This document shows positions 1 through 16,374 of a stretch of 64,000 bases of DNA, one piece after another; the stretch's first letter is position 1; the number at the start of each line of letters is the position of its first letter. The stretch spans positions 11,430,195 through 11,494,194 of the forward strand of contig OZ199839.1 in NCBI GenBank assembly GCA_964304625.1, read 5' to 3'. Made by a program: the position numbers and the translations under genes. Origin of the DNA: Kudoa neothunni. Lineage: Eukaryota > Animalia > Cnidaria. Under the pieces are notes generated by a model that was not told the DNA's origin, ran no database searches, and was given only the letters and a program-made list of their open reading frames with translations.

Positions 1-3120
<3,120 letters not shown>

Positions 3121-3611
3121 TTTAGATTCGTTTTCTTAAATTAAATCACTTAAAAAAATGTTTGTTTCAAAGGGAAAGTATACAGTTGTTCGAAGTTATA
3201 TTTCTGTAAACAACAAGGTTGGCAATGTTATATGCGCAATTATTCGTATGCGCATGCTATCTCACTGCGCTGTTTTGTTGTGTATCAATCGACTCTCGAA
3301 TCTATAACACGCCTAACATAATTCATCGAAAATTCCTAATCGACAAGTGCGAACATTATTAGTTCAATTGACCGCATAATCTTGATTAGGTTATGTGTGA
3401 GAATGTTTTGTTACAATAAACGCTTGTTATTATATGTAATGTGTGAGCTTGTAAGCTGGAGTGAATATCTGAATTTCATCATTAATTTAAACGTAATCTG
3501 ATTAATCCATGTGACGTAGATTAGCGCCTAGAATGGAACAGGGCTTTGGGGTTTTTATCATGAAAGTGGCTATTCTCATAGATCCATTTAATCCCCTCTC
3601 TGGACTGGATT

Positions 3612-5442
3612 GGCTGTTTACATGGATGGGAATATCTCCCAGAATACGCGAGATATTAGAAATTTGATTTCACAATTATAATAAATAGGCTATGTTTGTC
3701 CTAGAAAATTGTAGAATAATATTTTTACAATTTTAAATGGATACTTTGTCCATTGAAACCACACTTTAACCATCTCTCATCTACCAAAATCGTACTTTTC
3801 TTGATTTAATAATAACATTACTAAATGCTTATATAAAATATGTTAATGTTAATGAATTAGGTTCTATTGTCCAAAAATTTGAGTATTGTGAGGTTAGATT
3901 TACCGCATCCCTCACATGGTCTCACAATTTTAATAATTGCCATACATTGAACGTTAATTCTCGTTTGATCTAAATTGTATCATAAAATTCGTAGATTTCA
4001 TTATTCTGAGAAATAATTTTATAAGCTGAATCATTCGGGTACGTTGATTCTACGCGGCGTATTTAAAATGTGAATCTCCGCGAATACCCTTTTTGAGAAC
4101 TATACAATTTAACTCACATTCCACTTAAATTAAATGTGCTAGATGTATCTATGTTTATTTATAGCGTATCTGTATTCATAACCACTATACAAGATACGTT
4201 TTGCTCGACTCTAACAAGTGCATGTTTCGTGTGATGAATCTGAAGATTTGATTAAATGGTTATCAAATGAATTAGTTGATGTTTCTCGTTGGCTGAAGAA
4301 AAAAATATGAACAATAATAACGGATAAATCCCAATGCTTTAGAAAGCGTCTTAAGATGACGTTTGAATCTGGTCCCTTTTGATATGTAGGTTTCACCCCT
4401 GTCGAACATTCTAATGGGAAGATAAAATAGGTAATTATGGAATAAATTCAGAGAAAAATTTTTAGTATGAAAGTTTTCGATAAAATAGTTTGTAATATTA
4501 GCAATGATCAATTTTATCTTTACTAATGTGATGAATTATTTTAAGAACTGCAAAACTGATAGATTGGAATCGACAAATGGAAAGATCGAAAGCGTTGTTA
4601 AATAATTTTTCAACTCTGCAAGAACTCTTCATACCGTTCTTCTGTTACATGAAATCCACCAGAATTAAAAGAAAACGTATAATGATCACCAAATACCTAA
4701 AATTGTATGATAATATAAGTAACAACTAAACTTTCCAGCAATATTCAATATTATACTCGCCCCACACTTTACTGATCCAATATTATTATGTTATTATGGA
4801 GGAACTAATCGAAATAAAAATTATAAGGAGGAGGAAAATGAGCAGTGTCTGCTATTGGGCCCCCGAAAAAATTATCAAGAAGAAATGAATTAAATTTTGT
4901 TAAAATAAAATTTTGATTTATTATTGATCCAAAAATTTTTACGCCCAATGAATTTAAAAAAACAGTATTTTAACAAATCGATAAAATTGTTTTGGGCAAA
5001 ATAGCGTTAGTGTGGAAATCGCTAGGATGCCGACATACGAAGGGTAAAAACATAGTTTCGTCAAAAAATAAGAGGTCTTTTATCAGCCTCAGTTTTTTCT
5101 ACTATTTATAGCCACTAGAATTATGTGTGAAAATCAGTTGATACACACGCCTCATTAGAGTTTGTAACGTACGAGTTGGTGGATAATTTGAATTAATTGC
5201 CCTAGGATAACATAAATTAGTATTTAATACTGTTGCTAAATTAGGAAAAGTACAATTTTGATACATGAATGATGATTAAAATATGGTTTTAATGGACAGA
5301 TTTTTCAATTTAAAATAAAAAAAATTTTAAAAATTAATAAAATTATAAATTTTTTTAGGATAAATATAGCTTATTGTATTTGTGAAATCGGATTTCTAAT
5401 ATCTCACGTATTCTCGGAGATATTCCCATTTATGCGAATAGC
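3612..5442 (-). mobile_element. Degenerate Merlin/IS1595-type DNA transposon with long imperfect TIRs
   Basis: About 110 nt at 3612-3720 is the reverse complement of about 5345-5442 (GGCT...GGGAATATCTCC.AGAATACG.GAGATATTAGAAAT). The minus-strand remnant ETYISKGTRF...ALGFIRYY...NSFDNHL resembles a Merlin transposase C-terminus. No TSD recognised. Confidence 0.55.
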
Positions 5443-5874
5443 CACGTCCATATCGAATTTTGTGTACATACTACCCTGGCTAGTACAAAAAATTGAGATG
5501 TGCGGAATCGCACCGTATGTGCCAGTTACGCGTATCTAGTATCTACATGTGTTTTATATAGGAGGGACGGAGGCAGCCATGACTTCTACCTACCCTGACC
5601 TAAATATTTTATTTTTTTATTTATTTTTAGATCTGTTATAATATGTGTATTATACACTCACAACTGAACATTTCTTATTCATCTATACTTTGAAGTTGGC
5701 AAATCAGGCCTTAATTTGCCAGTGCTTTACATACCTAGACCCATAAAAATTACTCTATGTCGGGACTATTAATGATTCTGATTTATATATTTAAATTAAT
5801 ACTGCGATAAATGCAAATCATTTTTCTATTTAAATGTTTCGTTAATACACACATTATTTATTTTATAATTGGTG

Positions 5875-5980
5875 TTATCATATGAGTTCTCTTGCTACAC
5901 CCTGTAATGCAGGCAGGTACAAAAATTTTCCCACCCAACATATTCCAGGGTATGTAGTGTATACCTGGACGGCACGTGTT
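5875..5980 (-). repeat. Dispersed repeat (probable piggyBac-type end), second copy at 41171-41270
   Basis: Reverse complement CACGTGCCGTCCAGGTATACACTACATACCCTGGAATATGTTGGGTG...GCATTACAG.GTGTAGCA matches 41171-41270. Confidence 0.75.
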
Positions 5981-6798
5981 TGGGACCCGCAGCAATAGCC
6001 AGTGCCTTCATAAAATGATAAAATAATAACACATCATTTTTGTGCACAATAACCTTTTTTGCCTGTATATATGTATGTTTGGACACTATCTTTCTTAAAT
6101 ATCTTAAATATCTTAAATGAATATAATGGAATATTATTCATTTTAAAACTATACGTTATTATTAAATATAAAAATTTCATTCCAATTATTATCAAAATTA
6201 ATTTTCTGAATTTTAACAATTGCATTGAATAGAATTTAAAATGTTGGATCATATTAACGGCTAAATTAATTCATAAAAAAATTAATTTAATAAGCTAGAT
6301 ACCATTCAGATTAGAGCAGGTAGCACAATAATTAGCTGTGGAAACATTTCCTGTTTTCGGTAATCGTAAAATCACACACATTTATAATATCAAGTGGTAA
6401 GGTTATTTATTACCTTGCAACATATCAGTAAACTCAATCATTTCCAAATTATTATATAGTAGAAAAATTGATTTATGTTATGATTCAAAATCTCTCACAT
6501 CCTAATATATAGAATGAGCAATAAAAAATTTAATAGTAAGTAGATGCTTAGAAATAGGAAAATATGAAAGATTCTAAAAATTATGTACAGTCTTTTTAAG
6601 AAATACGAAAATAGATTTGAAAAGAAATCTCACAAAACCTTCTTAATATCAATATAAAAATAAGATATTCAATTATAAAACACACATTGAACAGCTTGAA
6701 GATAACTTTAAGCAATAACCTATACACACAGTCAAATATTCATATATTCATATATCCAAACAGGCACACATACATACATTCATTCAATCATTCAAGAA

Positions 6799-7288
6799 TC
6801 AGTCGTTTGAGAGATACTCAATGTATTCCGAATAGGAAACATAGCCATCCTCGTTTTTATCTACCACCTTCATAAAGTTATCAATCACATCAACAAGATC
6901 TTCTTCATTGGAGATATTGTATTTGGGTAGATCTTCAGTTTTGATATGACGGTCGAGCATGAATTTAACTTCGGCTCCATCTAGCACACCATTGCTGTCT
7001 CGGTCAGCAATTTTAAAATGTAGATAAAGGTTTTTGTGTTTCTTAATTTCATCGGGTATTTTTTTGCCGATTTCTCTGTCAACTTCAGCTTGAATATCCC
7101 TAAGTTTATTCATGGATTTTATGATGATTTAATAATGCTCGAAACTAATCAACATCACTCCAAGATTACTTGATATTCTGTATGTAACTGGGATCTTTGA
7201 ATATATCTTGTCGTCCAAGTGAACCATTGAGCGGATACAAATTCGCAAAAATAAATAAACACATTACAATCATGTTGGACACACTCAT
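6799..7288 (-). CDS. MCFD2: MCFD2-like secreted/ER-luminal two-EF-hand protein (2 exons)
   Basis: Exon 1 encodes a signal peptide (MSVSNMIVMCLFIFANLYPLNG). Exon 2 has LHFKIADRDSNGVLDGAE and VDKNEDGYVSYSEY EF-hands, matching the MCFD2 layout (LHYFKMHDYDGNNLLDGLE). Confidence 0.75.
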
Positions 7289-7509
7289 TTCAACCTCTAG
7301 CCTACAGCCACTCAACTAAATTCACTCCACGATTTGCTTCGTCAATCAAATGAAGAGGTGTGATATATTTTACAATAATAAACAATAATTATTCGTTATG
7401 CGCATTCCTAAGCAATCGCTCATATCAGCAGCGAAGTAAAAGCAAACACATTCACATTTCGATAGTAATACAACTGACAATATCAAATTAGAGTATACTA
7501 AAATAGCGA

Positions 7510-9580
7510 TTATTGATCTTTGGTTTTGGAGTTAGTTCCAATGGAAGCAGTCGCATTTTGGAAAATCAAATCCATCACGCTATTCCAAACAGTGTCGCCA
7601 ATAGCATTCATAATTTGAAGTAGTTCACGTCCTCTGCCAGTGAATCTCAAATAGAACCACACAAACACCAATATCAAACAAATTCTTCCCAGGAAAACAA
7701 AAGGATAGTTTAGCGATTGTAGTCCAATCAATTCCAGTGTTTCAGACAACACCAACAGCCCAATAAACACTACAAATATCACCACAATGAAGCGGAATGT
7801 TTTTAGTATATTTTTGGCTTCATTGGCCTCCTGGAATTCTTTGAAACGATCCTCAAGTGTGTTTTCAAGTTTCTCCAAATACAAATCGTGAAATTCACGA
7901 CAACCCATTTTTTTGATTCCTTCAAAAAGATCAATTGCGCCTGAACGGATTTGAAGATGTTTCAATTTGAGAGTGTCTGGTGAGACGTATGGATTGTCTC
8001 CGCCGGTGAATTGGTTCATTTCCCGAATGTAATATTCTTGAGCATCTTTGTATGCAACCAAATGGCCAGCTTCCGCTGTAGCTTCGAGGATATTTTTTGG
8101 TTCCGGCAAGATATCACTTTGAAATATTTTAATGTAGGTCTATTGATATCAGTTTATATTTTATTAAATAAACAAACACAAATAACTCTCACCTTAAAAT
8201 AGTAGAACAGTTCTCTACAAGTGAAACTTTTTCCTTCCACTTGTTTCGGTTGAATACTTTTAGGATCGACCAGGGTTTGTACTAAATCAGCCGTAAACTT
8301 TAAAAATTTAGGTGATATATCTAGAATTTCATTGGTAACACAACTGTCGAATGAATCCACCAAAAATACCATCAATGTGACCCTTGAATCGTATCTTTGA
8401 AGCCACAGCTTCACCCGGAAATGGTAACAACACACATTGAATATCCTCGAAACATTCTTTGATGTGTTCGCGAACAGACTGCAATTCTTTAGGTTGGTTA
8501 TCTGTCACTGTCAATATGGAATCTAGAAACTCTTTGTTTGGCCCATAATGAAACTCATAACTAAACGACCAGTCTCTTACAAGGAAAATCAATTGCTAAG
8601 GTGACAGTATTAATTTGTTGAACAGAAGACAAACAACAACGATAAACTACCTGAAAAGGTTTGGAGTCAGATTGTTCTAAAACGAGACGGCCATATTCGG
8701 TAAAAAACTATCAACAATTTAGACCAAATAGAATCAACAACCGGAAACCTGCAAATGATTTAGATCATCTTCCTGGATATTGTGTGTAATATTGAATAGC
8801 TAAATTCAACACATATCAACGAGTGAAAACATATACATAACATTGATTACTTGAACCGAACTAAGCATAGTACTCAAGGCGAAAATTGTAGCACAATTTT
8901 TCACAGTTGATGACCAATCGAAAGTTCCTTGAGTGTCCATCAACAATACCACAATCTAGAATAGAAAAATTACATTTTTTACATTAAAACAATTAACACT
9001 ACCTCTCCATGTGTAGGTGTATTGATGAGAAAGGGTTTTTTATACAGCACAATACCATTCGTTTCACGTTTGGAACCGCCTCTCCATTTGAATCCTTTGA
9101 TCACTCGTTCTAACGATTCATCTGCTTTGGCCAACCAATCCGGTAGAGAATCTTTGTATTGACGAGTTTCATCTTCAGATTTGGTCGACCAGTTATCTAT
9201 ATCATCACCGTTGTTGGCACCTCCTAATTCGTATTTGGCATTGTTTCGCATAGGGAACACATTTTGAGGTTGTTGGTTGGTTTCCACGTGAGAAAATCCA
9301 TATTTCTACGGCAAACAATAAAATATACATTACACATGATATTATATATTTAGTGTTTGTTCGAAACAATATATACTTCCACGTAGAGCAAATAGCGCAC
9401 CAAAAAATTTAGAAAAAATGATTTTCCCCGTCGGAATGCACCTGCTACAGATATTATAGACACTTTTTTGTCTGCAATAGCTGGATCCAATAAAAACCGC
9501 TCCAAATCTTCAACATCCAACGAAAAATATTCGTTTGTCTCGTCATAACTAACCACTTGAATGGTGTCATCCATGCTCAT
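7510..9580 (-). CDS. ATL: Atlastin ER-fusion GTPase, multi-exon
   Basis: P-loop [40 protein letters not shown] helical bundle, and two C-terminal TM segments. Confidence 0.95.
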
Positions 9581-11653
9581 TTCTTCAAAATAAACAGGCT
9601 GTTACTTAATTTTTGATAAATCGCACTCAACCCACTACAACAATTAAACCTATATATTCCTATGTAAAACGTTATCCCCTGAACGATGTGTATCGGTTTT
9701 ATTTGTCAACGCCTGCGCACGAATCGCAAATTCATTGAATCCGTTTTTGATGAATCAGCTAATCTAAACATGTTGCTTTAGATGAGGATCCTTTTTTGGA
9801 ATCATAACAACTCACTTAGTTATTAATAAATGAACCGAATTATAACATAATCATTTTTGATCAAAATAAACTTTATTTTTGGGTAACAAAATTGGATTCA
9901 CTAAAATTCTACCGACAAACTTAAAGCATTTGTTTGTTATTAATAAATGTCAAAATGCCGATTTTCTTTTTGAGAATATTACATTCCTTGTATTTGTTCT
10001 ATATTGTAAAATGAAAAAATTAATAACATTAAAATTTGTCTATCTTACGGAAATATTGTTTATTACAAAATTTCACTTATTTTATTATATGATAATATTA
10101 ATGATATTAGAATAATTTTTGATGATTATAATTCTCATAGCAAAGGGTAACGTGCCTTTGCTATGAGATTGTGTGGAAGATTAAATATTTATAAAATTCC
10201 GTCTTAAAATTATTAGAAAATATGAGATTCGGGGGATAATCCCTGCCAAATAATGTTATTTTATTATAATATTATTTTATAGAAATGTGATAGGAAATGA
10301 TTCAGTTGTGATTTTTTGAATTTTCAATTTCTTATGCTCTATTGGGATATTTTTTTTTTGAGTTGATTCATTGAATAAAAATTTCCTATTAAATATTATT
10401 TTGAATTTTATGATCTGATATTTTTTTTTATGTATTATAAAAATAACGTGAAATGAAAAATTTTATATTATTGCTGCGCGTGCGCATAGTTGCACAAGAT
10501 ATGCGTAATTAACCCTTTGAAGCATGCGTATAGTCCTTAGCCCCCTTATTTTAATCATGCTACACTAATAGACCGGTTTTATGTAACCCCCTTGGGGATG
10601 GGAATGGTTTGTATTACTGGTTCGGACCGGATAGCATGTACTTTTTGCGAGCGATACCGGAGCGTTAAACTTGTTGCATTATTAAGTTATTCAATGTATA
10701 TGGTCATCTTATAATCTATGAAATAACATACTGAGAGCTTCATTCATAATTTTAATTCAATTAACTTAATTTAATAAAGCTGTTTAGTTGAATATGAAAC
10801 TAATTCAGTTTTTTGATTAATCATGAAAGATCCATAAATTTAATTCGTTATTCTTTTAAATTATTTATCAGTAAATCATTCATACATAAGAAAAACGATG
10901 CCGTCATATTTTTTTGTAGTTTGTAATACATAAACTATATTTTAAGATCTAATAATCCACCTTGTTTCATTCAAAATAAATCATTTAACCAATTTTTTCA
11001 ACATTCTCGTATTTTTTCTCTATAATAAATATGTAATATTTTTTAAACAATAAAAGAATTTAGTCATTCCTATTATTTTTAATAATTTTCTTTGTGGATT
11101 TATTGAAATTGGATTTATGATACACATCCATTTATATATGTGTGAGATAACGTAAGGAATTTTCCACTCGTTTTCAACTTTTACTCCTAATCACTTAACA
11201 TATGGTAATCGACGAGCCCGATTATTGATAAATTGCGCTGTTGGTTTTAGCTAAATTATAGTAAACTATACGTTTTGCGAGCGTATTCTTTTTTATTTGT
11301 TTCGGAAATTCTTTATTTTCAACGTTAATCAATACATTTTATAATCCATAGAATACATTTGAAACAATAGATTACGATATGAGGGCTCCTACAACTTAAA
11401 AAGGAAAAATAATATTTATTTTATCAAAAAAGTGAATTGAGCATATTGGTTAAATTTATCACAAATACTCTAGAGTCTAAACTCTAGACCTAACTTGCAC
11501 ATTATATAATACCTGAGCTTTTTCGTTCCAAAATCCACTTCGTCCAATTTATTGAATCAATTCGTAAAAGAATTATTTCTCAAATATCAATAAACATTTA
11601 AACTCGTTCAAATACGAATTTCTGTTTATTACCGAATTTCATTTTTCAACATA

Positions 11654-13191
11654 ATGCTTACGCTATTATTTTTCTACACTCTGCTCACAACCGTATCGCT
11701 TGGTAATGTTAAATATTATAATCTCCATTATTTCGTATTAGAAAGAGCCTTAGATTCATATGAGTTGGATGTGGGTCAACCCCCTTCATGGATGGACGAA
11801 AACCAAAAAGCTGCAGCCGCAGTTGATAGGTGGTATGTGGACAAAAACACTGCAAAATGCAAGCCATTCAAATATTTAGGTTCCCTCGGAAATTTCAACA
11901 ACTTTGTGTCTGAAGCCGTTTGCAAATATCACTGTAAATACTCTTCATCCCAAACTTTATTCACATTAAATGTAGTGATATTTACACCAGAAGAAAAATC
12001 AAAGGCGTGTCAGCAAACTATGTCACCAGGAATTTGTAAAGTAGCGGAAGAAAATCAACAACAACGATGGTATTACTCGAAAGATTCTGTTCAAGGAAGT
12101 GCTACAAATTTATGCCACATGTTTAAATACACTGGGTGTGGTGGAAACGCTAATAACTTTGAGTCAGAAACTGAGTGCAAAAATGCCTGTCATAGTATTA
12201 TAATTTTTCAAAAGTGAAATCATTATTAATTCTGTGACAAAATTTAAGATAAAGAAAATAGCCAAGTGGCCGGCGATATAGCGGAAAGTGCACTCACCAA
12301 AGTGCCAAATGAATTTGACTGCCTTTTTGCAGCAGAAGTAGACGACCACAGACCAAAAATGGGAGTTGTTCTTCACAAAGATAAAAAAAGATGTGTTTAT
12401 GCAGCGGTAGGAAGGGAATCCAAAAGAGGTCATTTTAAAGAACTTCCTACTTGTGTAAAAACATGCATAAGTATTAGGCTTTTTGTGATTTATTTAACTT
12501 TTAATAGCTGAATATGTCGCTGCTTGCAATGCGACTGGTCCATTCCAAGTAACACCTGATGTCACTGTGGAATCCGAAAACGGTCTAATTGAATACTTTT
12601 ACTTTGATAAAAAACAACAAGCTTGTTTACCATTTATTTCTCAAGTCCCCACAGATCCAGTTAAAGTGGATGATGGTGAAAAGAATATCTTTAGTTCAGT
12701 AGAACTTTGTGCAAGTTTTTGTCCCGCAAGTATCTCGTGATCCCCACATTTTCCATTATTATTTTAAAAACTCAGCTAGCCATCTAAATGATATTAAAGC
12801 TGTAAAAGCTTGTGAGCAAGACAAAGTAGGAGTGGCAGAAAACGATGATAAATACAATTTAACTAGATATTACTACGAAACAAATGGCGCCGAAAGAGGA
12901 AAATGTGTTAAATTCAATTTTAACGGAAAAGTTATGAATCTGAATAACTTTAAAAGTATGATTGCTTGTGAAAATATCTGCAAGAAACCTTTAGCATCTG
13001 CTCCTATCATTTCTGTTATATCTGCCAATCCTATTAGTGCTTCAGTCAAAACCCCAAACACAGTACAAGCGACAATTAGGCAAGTTACCAATAGCGGTGG
13101 TACTGGAGGGGAAACTCCTAGACTGAATGGGGGTATTTGGAATAATATAGATATTCTTTAAGTGAATGACTTATTTTTAGATGATCAATAA
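11654..13191 (+). CDS. Secreted multi-Kunitz/BPTI-domain protein (five domains, one canonical)
   Basis: Signal peptide MLTLLFFYTLLTTVSL. Canonical domain C..GICK..RWYY..CHMFKYTGCGGNANNFESETECKNAC plus four degenerate Kunitz repeats. The stop is at 13161 if unspliced, or 13191 if the last GT-AG intron is spliced. Confidence 0.88.
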
Positions 13192-14371
13192 AATAAAATT
13201 TTCATAAAAACTTTCCAAGGATTTATTTATCTAATAATCATAAAAAAATATTTTATTACAATAGATAAACGATTTTTTGCATGTTATGCGAGCGCAATTT
13301 GTGGAAAATATAGTTTGACTACAAATTTATACAAAGATTTTATTCCGCCCTCATTTTATTTAAATTATATTATAAAATATTATATTACATTTAGTTTATA
13401 GTGTAATTATGGTCCTTATGAACCAATATAAATCACAAGATATGCGACATGTACTCTAAGAAAAAAAGAATTCTCGTTAATATGTTTACACTAATTATTA
13501 TTAATATGGCTGCATTTATTAAAATTAAAATTATTATGCTATTATAATTCTCGTATTTCTCTTGACGTAGAACACCTCCAGCAAATACAGGAAATAACAT
13601 GATAAAGTAGCCAGTAAATGTTTGTAAACGTGATTTGTATCCACGTGGAAGTTCGAATTATCGTAAAACATTAAGTACGTTTATCAAAGATAACAAAATT
13701 TTATTATTATAAAACAATTTTAAGGTGAATGAGAGAGAAAATATACATAAATTATACAAATTAGCCATCCAACTAAAGAAAAATTAAATTTTATCGCATT
13801 CTCATCAGAACGAAAACAGGATTAAAGGCGGGAAATGTACCAAAAATCGGTTAATTCTCTTTTCATCAAAAAACAGGGATAAGAATGTTTTACTGATTTA
13901 ACATTTCACAAATATTATAAAAAAGGGAGGTATAATGATTCTTTGAAAATTAGAACCTCTCTAAAACGTTTATTGTAAGATTTCCAAAAATGCAAAAAAA
14001 TGGATTAACTACTGTGACCATAATATCGATAATTTTATATTGTATTTTTTCGTGTTTTAATTTAGCTGCTTCAATGAACAGGTAGTATCCTTCCAAGTCC
14101 AAGTAGAATTGAGAAATTTGAACCCCAAACGTAATTTTTTTATATTACTTAAAATTTTGGGATTCAACTAAGCACAATTTTTTTCAATTCTACGATTATA
14201 TATTAATACATTAAGATCTAGTGTTAAAATTTTTGTCAATGATTTCAGTAAATTTTTAATAGATTACCTCAAAATAAAAAGGAGTCAATCAGAACTTCCA
14301 AATAATATAATATTTGCGAATAATTTGATATTCTTTTTAATTTTCAAAACAAAAGTTAAATTGGATATTAA

Positions 14372-14838
14372 CCTTCTAAATAAAAGGGGGTAGATTTCTA
14401 TCCCAAGTGAATTTTGTCAACAATATTATAGTGTATAAACGGAACATAACTAATCTCCATTTTTTCTAATCTTTTATATTTATGAAATCTTTTAGAAAAA
14501 TGAGTTGAATTTTTTTTTGCCGTATATCAAAAAAGTTAATGTAAAAACACCTTCCAAATAAAATTGTTTAAAATATTGATAAATATCTTTTTAAAAAATG
14601 TACGGAAAATCTATCCAGTAAATAATGAATAAATAACGAAAAAATATATGCGCATGCGTACACAGAATATAACTTTAATAATTGGCCATTCATTCAAAAT
14701 TTACTCGATGAATTTTCCTCATACTTTACCAGTCAATGTTGAATTTTATTTTAGACAATTCTATCAGATTAAATAATAGGTTAGATTTCTGCACCATTTT
14801 TATTTGGAGGATGCAAATGTTTCAGCTACTTAGAAGGT
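14372..14838. mobile_element. Non-autonomous piggyBac-type MITE (same family as 53651-54417)
   Basis: TTAA|CCTTCTAAATA...TACTTAGAAGG(T)|TTAA ends. Internal sequence GCGCATGCGT.CACAGAA...TTTTCCTCATA...CAGTCAATG.TGAATT is shared with 54281-54417. Confidence 0.75.
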
Positions 14839-16374
14839 TTAAAACTGTCCAATTTTAACAAACTTCCCTTTACGCACATGCGAATCTAAAAATTTTACGT
14901 TATTACATCGAGTATAGATATTTTTGCGGAGTTGATAGCACTGACAATAATAATGATATCCCAGATATTTTTAGCTAAAAAAAATCCGAAGATTTTGCCA
15001 ATAAAATTGAAGCAATAATAAATGAATGTGACGATTTATACGTAGATAGATGTAAAACTTTGAGGATTTTGGATTAGACCAAAATTATAGACACCTGGGG
15101 GAAAATATGGCCAATTTTCCCTAAGGCTTAATTGTATATGAAACGTAAAGAATTAATGATATATAAATTGTTTTCATTTCATCAGCTTTATTATTATATT
15201 TATGATTGCATTATTTTTAAAATTACTATAAGATCTCGATATAGGATAGTAAATCTATAATCCCGACATACTACGTTATATCAAGGCTTTACATTATTTC
15301 TTCTTGACACAATAATGAAATAAAAATTGATTAATTAAGTTTAATGAAAAAACAAGAAAAACTAAAATATTCGAACGATTGAACTAAAATTTTATATAAT
15401 CAAATACCTCAGCATATCTTCAATGAGGTGCCTAATCAGTTACTATAAATCACTACAACATATTCTCCATATCCAACCGAAATAATTCATAAATAACTAG
15501 AATTAAATTGTCTAACAGTTTGATTAAGCATAATTTAATTGCCATTATTGTTAATCTCTTAAATGACACTAAAAAATTTACGATTAAGACATAAACTGAT
15601 CGACCCACCATGCCCCTTGCTATGTTAGAGGAAATTTCAAATTATTCAAACAAATTTTCCACGAATAAAAATAGAAAGATATTTCGACTTTAAGTTAAAT
15701 ATTTATTTTTTCTCAATCCATGCAATTTGATTACATTAAGTTTTTATGCATAATGTTTCAATTTCAAAACGCAGCCGATGCGAACGGATCATGACCATGT
15801 ATGATCAAAATTGAACATCAAAATTATATGTACATTTTTAAACAATGAGCTGAGAGAATTGGAGATAAAGTTTTAAATATTATTAAAATATTTTTGTTTG
15901 AGTTTTATTTAAGCATAACTATTCAATTGAATAAATTGCCACTAAATCTGATGTCCACATATATTGTATTGGGTGACTTTAAACAGAACACTCCTTCAAA
16001 GGACATGTATGATTATGATGCAAAAAATGGTCGATTGAAGGGTAGAATTGAATGAATCACACAAAATGATATAATCATGAATTTGTGGATCAAGCTTGTG
16101 CTTTACAATAATCGTAATCTTTAAAAAACGCGATGATGTTTTTATTTGTTTTTTTATTACAAACAGCTAGCAACTTCCTGAATCATTTTTTTGCGCCTTA
16201 AAAAAGGTGTCTGTTGTTCCAGTAGGTGTAAATTCTCCATACTACACAATAAAACAAAAACTTATTTATGCATTTTGTTACCTATTTAAAAAAAGAGATA
16301 ATTAAGAGCATGATTTTCGCCATTTTCAGCCAATTTGTTATCCGATAATTTATATAAATGAGTCTGGATTTTAA

